A stretch of 64,000 nt of DNA from Clostridiales bacterium (GTDB lineage: Bacteria; Bacillota; Desulfotomaculia; Desulfotomaculales; VENG01). This document shows, one piece after another, positions 10,014 to 19,869 of this stretch (the stretch's first letter is position 1; every line of letters starts with the position of its first letter). The position numbers were made by a program, and so were the translations under genes. Where the stretch lies: NCBI GenBank assembly GCA_016278505.1, contig JADQBQ010000002.1, forward strand, positions 89,638 to 153,637, given 5' to 3'. The notes below the pieces were generated by a model, which was not told the DNA's origin, searched no databases, and saw only the letters and a program-made list of their open reading frames with translations.

Positions 10014-12245
10014 TTACATCATGTTATAGGGATCTATATCTATACTGAACCTTGTTGACTTACCCGTACCCTTTTTCTGTACAGCAGACGACGCTTTTTT
10101 AACCGCTTCTCTCAAATAACTTTCGTCTGTACTCCATAATACCACGTGCAGGCGATAATTTCCACGCACCCGTGCCAAAGGCGCAGGAGCAGGGCCTACA
10201 GCCATTAGCTTATTCATATCTTCGAGATAGCCATTTAATGCACCGAAGGCGGTTTCTGCTAGTTCCGTGGCCTTTGTCTCTTCCCGGCTGGAGAAAACTA
10301 AGCGGGCCATCTTAGTATATGGGGGATATTGCAATTGTTTACGTATTTGCATTTCGGTTTTAAAAAAGCCTGGATAATCACCCATTGCAGCTGCCTCTAT
10401 GGCATAATGATCAGGGTTATAGGTTTGAATTATAACTTCGCCTGGAATATCCCCCCGGCCGGCACGGCCCGAGACTTGCGTTATAAGTTGAAAAGTGCGC
10501 TCGGATGCCCGGAAATCGGGCATATTCAAACCCATATCAGCGCTCACAATCCCCACCAGTGTGACGCCGGGAAGATTAAGGCCCTTGGCAATCATTTGTG
10601 TGCCAATCAGTATATCCGCTTCTCTGGCAGAAAAAGAATCCAGTATTCGCTGGTGGGCTCCCTTGCGGCCTGTTGTATCAGAATCCATTCTTAAAATACG
10701 GGCCTCCGGAAACAATTCCGCTGCTTCCTCTTCTACCTTTTGTGTACCTGTACCTAAATAATTTATGTGTTGGCTATGGCATTCCGGACATAGGCCAGGC
10801 GCTAATTGTGAGTAACCGCAGTAGTGACAGCGAAGCTTTCCATGCACATGATATGTTAATGAGATATCACAATTAGGGCACTTCATTACCAGTCCACATT
10901 CTCTGCAGACAATGAATGTATGAAACCCCCTGCGGTTTAAAAAAAGAATGGCCTGTTCTTGCTTTTCCATTCTGGTTTTAACCGCCTGGAATAATTGAGA
11001 ACTAAAAATACCATTATTACCCGATTTGAATTCCCGTCGCATATCCACAACAGTTATATCAGGCATAGGACGGTTATCAATACGATTTTTCATGTCCAAC
11101 AAGCAATACTGCCCTCCTTTTAAGGACCGGCAATAGCTTTCCAACGAGGGTGTTGCAGTGCCAAGAATGGTAACGCCTTTATTTAAGTGTGCCCGAAAAA
11201 GGGCTACGGCACGAGCGTGATAACGTGGCGTCTCATTTTGTTTATAGCTAAACTCATGTTCTTCATCAACTATTATTATGCCAGGGTCTCTAATAGGGGC
11301 AAAAATTGCTGACCTCGCTCCCAAAACCACCGGCGAATCTCCCCGTGAAATTCTTTCCCACTGGTCATATCGCTCTCCGTGCGACATGCGGCTGTGGAGC
11401 ACCGCCACCTTGTCTCCGTAACGTTCTTTAAAAAACTTGATCATTTGCGGGGTAAGGGAAATCTCCGGCACCAATACAATTGCCCCCCGTCCCAAAGACA
11501 GGGCGTGGGCAATACTGCGCAAATAAACTTCTGTTTTACCGCTTCCCGTTACACCATGCAGCAGAAACACCTTGTGCAACCCATTTTCCATGCTTGTTTT
11601 AATCTGCGCCACAGCTGCGGTTTGTTCTTCGGACAATTGGGGTAGATTATTCATCTTATTGAATTCGGAAAAAGGCTTTCGCTCCATAGTCTTTTCTGTA
11701 AATTTTAATAGCTCTTTATTAACCAAGCTGTCAATTACTTGGTAAGAAGCTCCGGACTGCTCCGATAATTGTTTTTTAGTTAAGCCCGGAGTATGTGCTG
11801 CCGCATAAACAACTGCCGCCTGTTTGGCCGCGCGTCCTAATGTACCCATCACCTTGTCCAGATCTTCACTGGAGAAATTTATATAATAATATTTTACCTT
11901 AGGAGGGTTAGTTCTGTGCAGCTTGGGATGGGCAATACACTGCAAGGTACGCTGAGGCGGGCTTAAGTAATAGCTGGAAATCCATCTGGCTATCCGAAGT
12001 TGCTCCCCGCTGAACACTTGGCCATCATCAAATAGACGGAGTATCTCCTTTGGTTCCTTGACTTCACAAGTGTCGGTAAAACCTACCACAAAGCCACTCA
12101 CTTTTCTTTTACCAAGCGGCACCAGCACTTTGCAGCCAATTGAGATTTCATCATCCAGCGTAGCAGGAATCCGGTAATGAAGTGGCTTTTGTAAACCCAC
12201 CCCGCCGACCTCTACGATTACTTCCGCCACTTTCCCGGCAGACAA
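10014..12245 (-). CDS. priA: primosomal replication-restart helicase PriA (protein N')
   Basis: Walker A GVTGSGKT, DEEH box (VDEEHE) and a Cys-rich zinc-binding insert (CRECG..CPNC..CHYCG..CPEC). TTG start with a GGAGGGTG RBS. Confidence 0.93.
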   Translation of the reverse strand: MSAGKVAEVIVEVGGVGLQKPLHYRIPATLDDEISIGCKVLVPLGKRKVSGFVVGFTDTCEVKEPKEILRLFDDGQVFSGEQLRIARWISSYYLSPPQRTLQCIAHPKLHRTNPPKVKYYYINFSSEDLDKVMGTLGRAAKQAAVVYAAAHTPGLTKKQLSEQSGASYQVIDSLVNKELLKFTEKTMERKPFSEFNKMNNLPQLSEEQTAAVAQIKTSMENGLHKVFLLHGVTGSGKTEVYLRSIAHALSLGRGAIVLVPEISLTPQMIKFFKERYGDKVAVLHSRMSHGERYDQWERISRGDSPVVLGARSAIFAPIRDPGIIIVDEEHEFSYKQNETPRYHARAVALFRAHLNKGVTILGTATPSLESYCRSLKGGQYCLLDMKNRIDNRPMPDITVVDMRREFKSGNNGIFSSQLFQAVKTRMEKQEQAILFLNRRGFHTFIVCRECGLVMKCPNCDISLTYHVHGKLRCHYCGYSQLAPGLCPECHSQHINYLGTGTQKVEEEAAELFPEARILRMDSDTTGRKGAHQRILDSFSAREADILIGTQMIAKGLNLPGVTLVGIVSADMGLNMPDFRASERTFQLITQVSGRAGRGDIPGEVIIQTYNPDHYAIEAAAMGDYPGFFKTEMQIRKQLQYPPYTKMARLVFSSREETKATELAETAFGALNGYLEDMNKLMAVGPAPAPLARVRGNYRLHVVLWSTDESYLREAVKKASSAVQKKGTGKSTRFSIDIDPYNMM

Positions 12246-12331
12246 CAGACATCACCCTCCAACAACTTTGATTAATTATTATCGATCATATATTTTTATA
12301 TCTCAATTGGTTCTATAGTAAACTAAACAAC

Positions 12332-12787
12332 TTAGCGGGGAGAGGAAAAATTGAAATTAATGTAGGGAATGGACTTATCTTTTGCGTCCACCGCTGTTTT
12401 TCTTAAAGGGTTCTGCGGGGAAGGTGTCAAACCCTGCTCTTCTTTTTGATCACTTTCGGGTGGTGTTTCCGCTGCAAGGGGATGCCGTGGTGCATGAACA
12501 ATGGTAATACTGTTTAACAAAATTTCTTCCTCGGAGGTTAACACACCGGCTTCAAAAGTGCGCCTCCTGATTTCCGCCCTGGGAATGATGGCCGATATTT
12601 CATGTGGTACTTGCAAATTTACTTTTCGTTTAAGGCACATTTTTATATCTTCTATTTCAATTTCAACCTCGTCTATTTGCATGCCGGGGGAAAAACCACA
12701 TTTGGCATGCTCTGTTTGTTTATTTTCCCCGGCTATTGCTTTTTTGCTCCCACCATATTTTTTTGTTATTCTCGGTAGGCTAATCAT
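12332..12787 (-). CDS. hypothetical protein, 151 aa, no recognisable domain
   Basis: GGGAGG RBS 7 nt before the ATG, with its own promoter-like signal upstream. Soluble, with an acidic middle and a Pro/Glu-rich C-terminal third. I recognise no motifs. Confidence 0.6.
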   Translation of the reverse strand: MISLPRITKKYGGSKKAIAGENKQTEHAKCGFSPGMQIDEVEIEIEDIKMCLKRKVNLQVPHEISAIIPRAEIRRRTFEAGVLTSEEEILLNSITIVHAPRHPLAAETPPESDQKEEQGLTPSPQNPLRKTAVDAKDKSIPYINFNFSSPR

Positions 12788-12812
12788 AAAAAGGCCTCCC
12801 GGACTTTTCCCC

Positions 12813-12842
12813 TATTATATGTAAGTTAAGCAGCAATTGACA
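12813..12842 (-). promoter_or_regulatory. sigma-A-like promoter for the 151-aa orphan (TTGTCA-18-TATAAT)
   Basis: On the minus strand, TTGTCA lies at 12842..12837 and TATAAT at 12818..12813, about 25 nt upstream of the RBS. Confidence 0.5.
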
Positions 12843-12850
12843 ATGGACAG

Positions 12851-12879
12851 AACAAGACCCCCACTACGTGGGAGTCTTG
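12851..12879 (-). terminator. stem-loop downstream of cysK (probable terminator)
   Basis: 13-bp stem, ACAAGACUCCCAC/GUGGGGGUCUUGU. Its single non-Watson-Crick pair is a G-U on the minus strand but a C-A mismatch on the plus strand. The downstream U-tract is weak. Confidence 0.5.
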
Positions 12880-12900
12880 TCAGCTGACGTATACGCATAA

Positions 12901-13824
12901 CTAGTTTGATGAGTAAAGATTCAAGCTTAAATATCGTTCACCGGTGTCCGGAAGAATGGTAAGAACTGTCTTTCCAGCTCCAAGCTTACGTCCAACTTGC
13001 ACGGCGGCATATACGGCTGCTCCACTGGATATTCCCGCTAATAGACCCTCTTCCTTTGCTAAACGTCTTGCCATTTCCATTGCTTGTTCATCTGTCACCA
13101 GAAAAGAAGCATCAACTAGGCTTAAATCCAAGTTGTGGGGCACAAACCCGTCTCCTATACCCTGTATCCCATGTGTGCCCGGTGGACTACCGGAAATCAC
13201 CGCAGAATTCTCCGGTTCTACCGCGTATACTTGCATTTCCGGGTGCTTTGTCTTTAGTACCCTGGTAACCCCCGACAATGTCCCCCCAGTGCCCACTCCA
13301 ACAACAAAGGCATGCACAGTACAATCCAATTGACTGAGAATTTCTCTCGCGGTTGTTTGTTCATGGAAAGCAGGATTGGCGGGATTGCCAAATTGATCCG
13401 GCATCCAAGCACCATCTATACTATTCACCAGCTCTCGGGCCTTTTTTATGGCCCCGCCAATATCTTCGTTTCCGGGAGTTAATACAACCTCTCCGCCGAA
13501 GGCCTTTACAAGCTGTCTTCTTTCTTTACTCATGGAATCGGGCATAACTATAATTACCCTGTAACCACGCACAGCACCGACCATGGCCAAACCAACGCCT
13601 TGATTACCACTTGTAGGCTCAACGATGGTTGAACCGCATTTAATCAAACCTTTCTTTTCCGCATCAAAAACCATACCCCAAGCTGTTCTCGCCTTGATAC
13701 TACCGCCAGGGTTTAGCATTTCAAGTTTTCCAATGATCTTAGCGGGACAGTCGCCTTTTATCTTGTTTAGCAGTACAACCGGGGTACTCCCTATAACACT
13801 TAGAACGTCTTTACTAATCCCCAC
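12901..13824 (-). CDS. cysK: cysteine synthase (O-acetylserine sulfhydrylase, CysK/CysM family)
   Basis: PLP-fold type II motifs are present: the lysine region GGSIKAR, TSGNQG and GVGTGGTLSG. GTG start only 33 nt after the coaBC stop. Confidence 0.88.
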   Translation of the reverse strand: MGISKDVLSVIGSTPVVLLNKIKGDCPAKIIGKLEMLNPGGSIKARTAWGMVFDAEKKGLIKCGSTIVEPTSGNQGVGLAMVGAVRGYRVIIVMPDSMSKERRQLVKAFGGEVVLTPGNEDIGGAIKKARELVNSIDGAWMPDQFGNPANPAFHEQTTAREILSQLDCTVHAFVVGVGTGGTLSGVTRVLKTKHPEMQVYAVEPENSAVISGSPPGTHGIQGIGDGFVPHNLDLSLVDASFLVTDEQAMEMARRLAKEEGLLAGISSGAAVYAAVQVGRKLGAGKTVLTILPDTGERYLSLNLYSSN

Positions 13825-13857
13825 TGGATCACCGCCCCCGTATTACTCCTGCCGTTA

Positions 13858-15075
13858 CTATTTACATTTTTTAAGCATCCGAATATTGTCCAAAATAATA
13901 TTACTTAAATCTTCTTTAGTCATCATAGGAAGCTGGTTAGCCTCTCCCCCGGCAAAGATCAGCTTTACAACATTGGTGTCAGTTCCGAAACCCGCTCCGG
14001 GTACAGTAACATCATTGGCAACCATAAGATCTAAGTTTTTCTTAAATATCTTTTCCTTAGCATTCTTTTCCACATCTTGGGTTTCCGCCGCGAAACCTAC
14101 CAGCAGCTGATGCTGTTTCCTTTTCCCTAATTCCAGTAATATATCAGGATTTCTTTTTAATTCCAACGTGAGGGCATTGCCGTTCTTTTTTATTTTTTGG
14201 GAAGCAACATTCTCAGGCATATAGTCCCCTACCGCGGCTGCTTTTATTACCACATCGACACACTCATAATGTTTCAGTACTTCATCATACATCTCTTGTG
14301 CCGACTCAACCTCAATCAAATTAACTCCTTCGGGCGGCTTTGGATGTAAAACCCCACTGACCAGTATTACCCGAGCCCCCCTTTTTCGTGCAGCACGGGC
14401 AATGGCAAATCCCATTTTCCCGCTGCTGCGATTACTTATAAAACGCACCGGATCAATGGGCTCTCTGGTAGCTCCCGCAGTAACTAGTATTGTATAATCA
14501 TTTAAATCTTGGTTGAATAGCAGTTGATTCTCTAATTCCTTAATAATACGATCGTTTTCAGCTAACCGGCCGGGACCGGTATCACCACAGGCAAGGCGTC
14601 CGTAATCAGGCTCCACTACGGTATAACCGAACTCACGGAGTTTATTAATATTCGCCTGCACCGCCGGATGTTTATACATAGCCACATTCATAGCTGGACA
14701 AACAAAAACTAAATTCTGGCAGGCCAGCAACATAGTACCCAACAAATCATCGGCCATGCCACAAGCGGCACGGCCGATAAAGTGAGCTGTTGCAGGAGCG
14801 ATTACTACTGCGTCGGCAATACGGGCCAGCTCTAAATGCGGGAAGTGCCATCCCGGTGGGGAATCAAACACATCAAGGTGAACTTTATTACCGGAGATGG
14901 CTTCAAAAGTTACAGGCCCTATAAATTCTCTGGCTGCTTTAGTCATCACTACATGGACTTCAGCGCCCCTTTTAGTAAGTAAACTCACCAAATCGACAGT
15001 TTTGTAAGCGGCAATCCCACCGGAAACACCCACAACAACTTTATACCCGCGAAAATTTTGCTCTTTTCCGTACAT
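13858..15075 (-). CDS. coaBC: bifunctional phosphopantothenoylcysteine decarboxylase / phosphopantothenate-cysteine ligase
   Basis: 405 aa with an N-terminal flavoprotein domain (GVSGGIAAYK, PAMN) and a C-terminal CoaB domain (ISNRSSGKMG). Confidence 0.92.
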   Translation of the reverse strand: MYGKEQNFRGYKVVVGVSGGIAAYKTVDLVSLLTKRGAEVHVVMTKAAREFIGPVTFEAISGNKVHLDVFDSPPGWHFPHLELARIADAVVIAPATAHFIGRAACGMADDLLGTMLLACQNLVFVCPAMNVAMYKHPAVQANINKLREFGYTVVEPDYGRLACGDTGPGRLAENDRIIKELENQLLFNQDLNDYTILVTAGATREPIDPVRFISNRSSGKMGFAIARAARKRGARVILVSGVLHPKPPEGVNLIEVESAQEMYDEVLKHYECVDVVIKAAAVGDYMPENVASQKIKKNGNALTLELKRNPDILLELGKRKQHQLLVGFAAETQDVEKNAKEKIFKKNLDLMVANDVTVPGAGFGTDTNVVKLIFAGGEANQLPMMTKEDLSNIILDNIRMLKKCK

Positions 15076-15305
15076 TATTTTATGCCCTGCTTTGTACGTC
15101 GAAATTTTATTCCGCCTTTTACAATTTCATTAAGAGCAAAAGTCACCGGCTTGGCAGTTTCTTCGTTACCGTCGTCACCTTTTTCCGCTTTATCTGTAAT
15201 AGCCCGTGCCCTTTTTGCTGCTACCACAACTAATGAATATCGACTGTCCATTTTCTCCATTAGTTGATCCAGTGGCGGCTGTCCCATTGCCATGTTTTTT
15301 GCCAT
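15075..15305 (-). CDS. rpoZ: DNA-directed RNA polymerase subunit omega
   Basis: 76 aa with the SRYSLVVVAAKRARAI motif, in the conserved position between gmk and coaBC. Confidence 0.9.
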   Translation of the reverse strand: MAKNMAMGQPPLDQLMEKMDSRYSLVVVAAKRARAITDKAEKGDDGNEETAKPVTFALNEIVKGGIKFRRTKQGIK

Positions 15306-15321
15306 TATACCACCTCACAAT

Positions 15322-15924
15322 TTAATCAAGCCAGTTTGAGTTCAAGCACTGGCAAAACGGCCTACAGCCTTCTGCCTCGATGATGGAATTTATCCTCTTT
15401 GCAGCTTCCTCTACATTGTCGTTGATGATAAGGTAATTATACCTATTTAACAATTTAACTTCTCTTTTAGCCCACTCCAACCGTGTCTGTATCTCTTCCG
15501 GAGCATCAGTTTTCCGTCCCTTTAGCCTTGCCCCTAATTCTTCCGGAGTTGGAGGCAGTAAAAAAATTAAGACAGCTTCGTTAAACCTCTCTTTGACTTG
15601 CAGAGCACCCTGCACGTCAATTTCCAAAACCACGTCTAGCCCTTGGTTTAAGGCATCTTCAACCGGCATACGAGGGGTACCGTAGTAATAAGTATACACT
15701 TCGGCCCATTCTAGTAATTCATTTGCCTCAATCATTTGCTCAAATTCTTCCCGGCTGACAAAATAATAGTCCGTCCCATGCACCTCACCGGGCCGGGGTG
15801 CCCGAGTAGTTGCAGAAACGGAATAATACAAGTTGTTACGATACCGACCTAAGGCTTGGCGCACTGTACCTTTACCGGACCCTGAAGGTCCGGATAACAC
15901 TATTAAGTTTCCCTTGTCGGACAT
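15322..15924 (-). CDS. gmk: guanylate kinase
   Basis: P-loop GPSGSGKGT and TTRAPRPGE. Confidence 0.93.
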   Translation of the reverse strand: MSDKGNLIVLSGPSGSGKGTVRQALGRYRNNLYYSVSATTRAPRPGEVHGTDYYFVSREEFEQMIEANELLEWAEVYTYYYGTPRMPVEDALNQGLDVVLEIDVQGALQVKERFNEAVLIFLLPPTPEELGARLKGRKTDAPEEIQTRLEWAKREVKLLNRYNYLIINDNVEEAAKRINSIIEAEGCRPFCQCLNSNWLD

Positions 15925-15942
15925 TTTATCTATCCCACCTGA

Positions 15943-16224
15943 CTACTCACTATCTGTAACAGAATTCTGATTTAAATTTGATTCCTTATTAACCAGACGG
16001 TGGGCTACCGTTTCCGGCTGAACAGCAGAGAGAATTACATGATCACTGTCCGTAATAATAACTGCACGTGTGCGCCTACCATATGTGGCATCCACCAACA
16101 TCCCCCGGTCACGGGCCTCGGTAATGATCCGTTTAATGGGAGCTGATTCGGGGCTGACAATAGCAATGATCCGGTTTGCCGAGACGATATTGCCAAAACC
16201 AATATTAATTAGTTTTATTTCCAT
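15943..16224 (-). CDS. remA: RemA/YlzA (DUF370) extracellular-matrix regulatory protein
   Basis: The sequence [30 protein letters not shown]...[18 protein letters not shown] is characteristic of RemA. Confidence 0.88.
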   Translation of the reverse strand: MEIKLINIGFGNIVSANRIIAIVSPESAPIKRIITEARDRGMLVDATYGRRTRAVIITDSDHVILSAVQPETVAHRLVNKESNLNQNSVTDSE

Positions 16225-16254
16225 TTTATTTTCCTCCCTACCAGTATAGCCCTA

Positions 16255-17133
16255 TTATTCGATATTTTGAACTTGTTCCCTGATCTTCTCCACTTCACTT
16301 TTCACCTCAACAACCAACCGGCTTATGGCTAGGTCATTGGCCTTAGACCCAATGGTGTTAATTTCCCTGTTCATTTCTTGTACCAAAAAATCCATTTTAC
16401 GTCCCACAGGTTCTGGAGAGCCCAAGCATTTTTCAGCCTGGTAAAGGTGACTGTTTAGCCTGACCACTTCTTCAGTAATATTAGAACGTTCAGCAAATAT
16501 GGCAACTTCATTCGCCAACCGCTCTTGGTCCACTGTTCCCTCCTTTATTAATTCCTTCAAGCGAGATTCCAAACGTTGACGGTGGTCATCCACAACCAAA
16601 GGTGCTCGTTCTTCTATCTGTTCATTTATCTGCCCAATGGAATTAATTCGCCCCTTTAAATCTTTGGCAAGTCTTTCCCCTTCAGTTTCCCTCATGCTTA
16701 CCAAACCGGTTATAGCCTGTATAAGAGCTTCTTTTACATAAGGCCACCACTGTTCCACATCCTCTTCCGGCTCTACTACCGTCAATACATCGGGGAAATT
16801 TACTAAATCCTGAAAAGATGGCTTACCCGGTAGTTCCAAAAATGTCTGTAACTCTTCTATGGCCTTATAATAAGATTCCGCTAAAACTTTGTCAACTTTT
16901 ACCGTTACAGGCTTTTGTTCATCTACCTCCACCGAAAAAAAGCCGTCAATACGCCCCCGGGATACATATTCTTGGATTACCCGTTTGCTTTTTTCTTCCA
17001 AAGATATCATGGATCTTGGCATTCTAAGAAATGTTTCATTAAAACGATGATTTACCGCCTTCAACTCCACGGTAAACCTTTTGCCTTTTCCATAGGCCTC
17101 ACCGCGACCAAACCCAGTCATACTTTTTATCAA
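16255..17133 (-). CDS. yicC: YicC/YloC-family stress-induced protein
   Basis: The family N-terminus (L)IKSMTGFGRGE follows a GGTGGTGG RBS, so I chose the TTG start at 17133. The track ORF extends to 17172. Confidence 0.85.
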   Translation of the reverse strand: MIKSMTGFGRGEAYGKGKRFTVELKAVNHRFNETFLRMPRSMISLEEKSKRVIQEYVSRGRIDGFFSVEVDEQKPVTVKVDKVLAESYYKAIEELQTFLELPGKPSFQDLVNFPDVLTVVEPEEDVEQWWPYVKEALIQAITGLVSMRETEGERLAKDLKGRINSIGQINEQIEERAPLVVDDHRQRLESRLKELIKEGTVDQERLANEVAIFAERSNITEEVVRLNSHLYQAEKCLGSPEPVGRKMDFLVQEMNREINTIGSKANDLAISRLVVEVKSEVEKIREQVQNIE

Positions 17134-17245
17134 TTTTCCACCACCTGAAAAAATACTTGTGCTCATAGTCATTTACCGATTGAATACATTTTCTACTTAA
17201 AAGAAGTAATTCCTCCAAATAGAAAGCAAACTTTAGAAAATCTTT

Positions 17246-17269
17246 AAAAAACGCCCCCATTAGAGGGCG
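17246..17269 (-). terminator. intrinsic terminator after the aminotransferase gene
   Basis: The minus strand reads CGCCCUC-UAAU-GGGGGCG followed by UUUUUU. Confidence 0.75.
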
Positions 17270-17337
17270 ATAAATACTTACAAAAATTTTATAAAAAACC
17301 TTCTCGGAGAAGCCTACGGGCTTATCCCGGAGGCGGT

Positions 17338-18531
17338 TCACGTTAGATCCTTTAACACACCTTCTATACGATCTAGACCTTCTTTAATATTTCCCATGGA
17401 AGTAGCGTACGATAATCTGAAACAACCGTCATCACCGAAAGCGACTCCGGGAACAATGGCTACCTGAACATCATCAAGAATAATTGAAGCCAAGTCCGAA
17501 GCACCATTAATTTTTTTTCCCTGATAAGACTTACCCATTAATCCTTTTATACTCGGAAACACATAAAATGCTCCCTTGGGCAAGTTACAAGAGAGCCCGG
17601 GCATGGCTTGAAGACGCTCTACCATATATTTCCTTCGTTTGTCAAACTGCTCCACCATTTTTCCCGCCTCATCCTGAGGCCCTTCAATCGCTGCCTGTGC
17701 TGCCACCTGCGCAATGGAAGTGGGATTTGAAGTGGAGTGACTCTGCAAATCGGTCATTGCCTTAGCCACCTCAGCCGGTGCTGCGGCATAACCAATCCGC
17801 CAGCCGGTCATAGCGTAGGCTTTGGACACACCGTTTATAATTACGGTTTTTTCTTTTAAACCGGGATTTAATTGTGCTATGCTTACATGTTTTTCCCCGT
17901 CATAGATCAGTTTTTCATAGATCTCATCAGATATAACAGCAATATTGCTTTCCAACAGCACCTCACCCAGAGCCTTTAGTTCATCTTTGGTATATACCGC
18001 TCCTGTAGGATTGCTCGGGCTGTTAAGCACAATTAGCCTTGTGCGATCGGTTAATGCAGAGCGCAATTCTTGGGGAGTAAGCTTAAAACCGTTTTCTTCC
18101 CTGGTTTGCACAATCAAGGGAAAAGCCCCGGTTAGTTTTATTTGCTCCAGATAACTAACCCAATACGGAGCCGGTAAAAGGACTTCGTCCCCCGGTTGAC
18201 ACAGTACCATAAACGCATTGTAAAGAGAGTGCTTGGCTCCGGCGGAAACAACAATTTGAGAAGGCTTATAATGTAAATTGTTGTCTACTTCAAACTTCTT
18301 TATTAGCGCTTCTTTTAAAGGTGGAATACCGGCAACCGGTGTATATTTGGTCATTCCCTTATCAATGGCCTTCACAGCGGCCTGTTTTATAGATTCGGGA
18401 GTATCAAAATCAGGTTCCCCTGCACCAAAATTAATTACTTTGGCTCCTTCAGCAAGCATTTGCTTGGCCTTGGCATCAATTGAAAGCGTGGGTGACGGGC
18501 TAATATTTTTTGCCCGTTCATTAAGTTCCAT
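17338..18531 (-). CDS. class I PLP aminotransferase (aspartate aminotransferase type)
   Basis: 397 aa with N-terminal SPSPTLSI..KA, GEPDF and the PLP-lysine region SKAYAMTGWRIGY. Confidence 0.85.
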   Translation of the reverse strand: MELNERAKNISPSPTLSIDAKAKQMLAEGAKVINFGAGEPDFDTPESIKQAAVKAIDKGMTKYTPVAGIPPLKEALIKKFEVDNNLHYKPSQIVVSAGAKHSLYNAFMVLCQPGDEVLLPAPYWVSYLEQIKLTGAFPLIVQTREENGFKLTPQELRSALTDRTRLIVLNSPSNPTGAVYTKDELKALGEVLLESNIAVISDEIYEKLIYDGEKHVSIAQLNPGLKEKTVIINGVSKAYAMTGWRIGYAAAPAEVAKAMTDLQSHSTSNPTSIAQVAAQAAIEGPQDEAGKMVEQFDKRRKYMVERLQAMPGLSCNLPKGAFYVFPSIKGLMGKSYQGKKINGASDLASIILDDVQVAIVPGVAFGDDGCFRLSYATSMGNIKEGLDRIEGVLKDLT

Positions 18532-18542
18532 TTTCTCTCCTC

Positions 18543-19727
18543 CTAAAATTCTACGGCCCCAAAGCTTTTCTTTAACCGGTCTACCGCATCCAGCATGCGA
18601 TCTTTGGGCACCGTTAATGCTATCCTAAAATACCCGGCACCCTCAGCACCATACCCGGTGCCGGGAGTAATTACAATACCCGTTTTGTCCAGTACCGCCT
18701 CGGCAAATGACTCCGAAGAGTACCCCTTGGGGACCGGTGCCCAAACGTAAAAAGTGCCCTTGGGCTTGGCCAGTTTCCAGCCCATTTCATTAAGAGCATC
18801 CACTAATATGTCACGACGTTCCTGGTAGACCCCACACATTTTATCTATAAAGTCATTGGGACCGGTAAGTCCCTTTATGGCCGCATATTGAACAGCTTGG
18901 AATTGTCCCGAGTCCACATTAGACTTTAACCGGCCTAGAGCATCCACCACATCGGGATGACCTACGGCCCAACCGATACGCCAGCCTGTCATATTGAACG
19001 TCTTGGAAACCGAATGAAACTCAATCCCCACATCTTTGGCACCGGGAACCTGCATAAAGCTTATGGGCTTATAACCATCAAAGGAAATTTCCGAATATGC
19101 GGCATCGTGACAAACCAAAATATTATATTGCTTGGCGAAAGCCACTATTTCTTTATAAAAAACTTCATCTGCTGTAGCTCCTGTAGGATTGTTGGGGTAA
19201 TTGATAAACATCATTTTAGCTTTTTGAGCAACATCTACAGGGATGGCCGACAGGTCAGGCAGAAAATTATTCTCTTCTTTTAACGGCATATAGTAAGGGT
19301 GAGCCCCCGCAAGAATGGCTCCGCCTGAATACACGGGATAACCGGGGTCAGGTACCAGTACAACATCCCCTGGATTTAAATAACACCAGGATATATGGCC
19401 AATTCCTTCCTTGGAGCCAACCAAAGACACAACCTCTGACTTGGGATCTAACTCTACTCCAAAACGATTTTTATACCAATCTGCCACCGCCTGCCGGTAA
19501 CTTAACATACCTACTGAAGATGGATATTGGTGGTTTGCAGAGTTGTCAGCTTCTTTTTTTAACTCATTAATAATGTAATCCGGAGTTGGCATATCAGGGT
19601 CACCAATACCAAGACTAATTACATCTATACCCTTCTCGCGCTTTTCCTCAATGAGTTTTTCGATACGGGCAAACAAATACGCCGGCAAATTTTTTACCCT
19701 GTCTGCTTCTTCAAATCTCAAAGTCAA
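18543..19727 (-). CDS. dapL: LL-diaminopimelate aminotransferase (DapL type)
   Basis: 394 aa with [33 protein letters not shown] and [13 protein letters not shown], matching the DapL family as I recall it. It lies immediately downstream of dapF. TTG start with an AAGGAGG RBS. Confidence 0.75.
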   Translation of the reverse strand: MTLRFEEADRVKNLPAYLFARIEKLIEEKREKGIDVISLGIGDPDMPTPDYIINELKKEADNSANHQYPSSVGMLSYRQAVADWYKNRFGVELDPKSEVVSLVGSKEGIGHISWCYLNPGDVVLVPDPGYPVYSGGAILAGAHPYYMPLKEENNFLPDLSAIPVDVAQKAKMMFINYPNNPTGATADEVFYKEIVAFAKQYNILVCHDAAYSEISFDGYKPISFMQVPGAKDVGIEFHSVSKTFNMTGWRIGWAVGHPDVVDALGRLKSNVDSGQFQAVQYAAIKGLTGPNDFIDKMCGVYQERRDILVDALNEMGWKLAKPKGTFYVWAPVPKGYSSESFAEAVLDKTGIVITPGTGYGAEGAGYFRIALTVPKDRMLDAVDRLKKSFGAVEF

Positions 19728-19869
19728 TCAAAACTACCTCCTTGTTTAAATATCTGTGATTTACTTAGCTACAAATGATATCAAGATGCTTCGGTTATAT
19801 ATCTAACATGGAATGCAGTTATTGGCAATAGTGTAACATATACACGTATCTGTAAGCCTGACCTTCACA

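Noticed and set aside
17099-17341. 80-aa minus-strand ORF between the aminotransferase gene and yicC
   Set aside because: It spans an intrinsic terminator (17246..17269) and the yicC RBS/start region, has no RBS of its own, and is low-complexity. It is a spurious intergenic ORF.
19728-19869. Looked for a lysine riboswitch or T-box in the dapF-dapL spacer
   Set aside because: The spacer is too short (142 nt) and lacks the conserved L-box or T-box sequence blocks. It contains only a 5-bp AT-rich hairpin.
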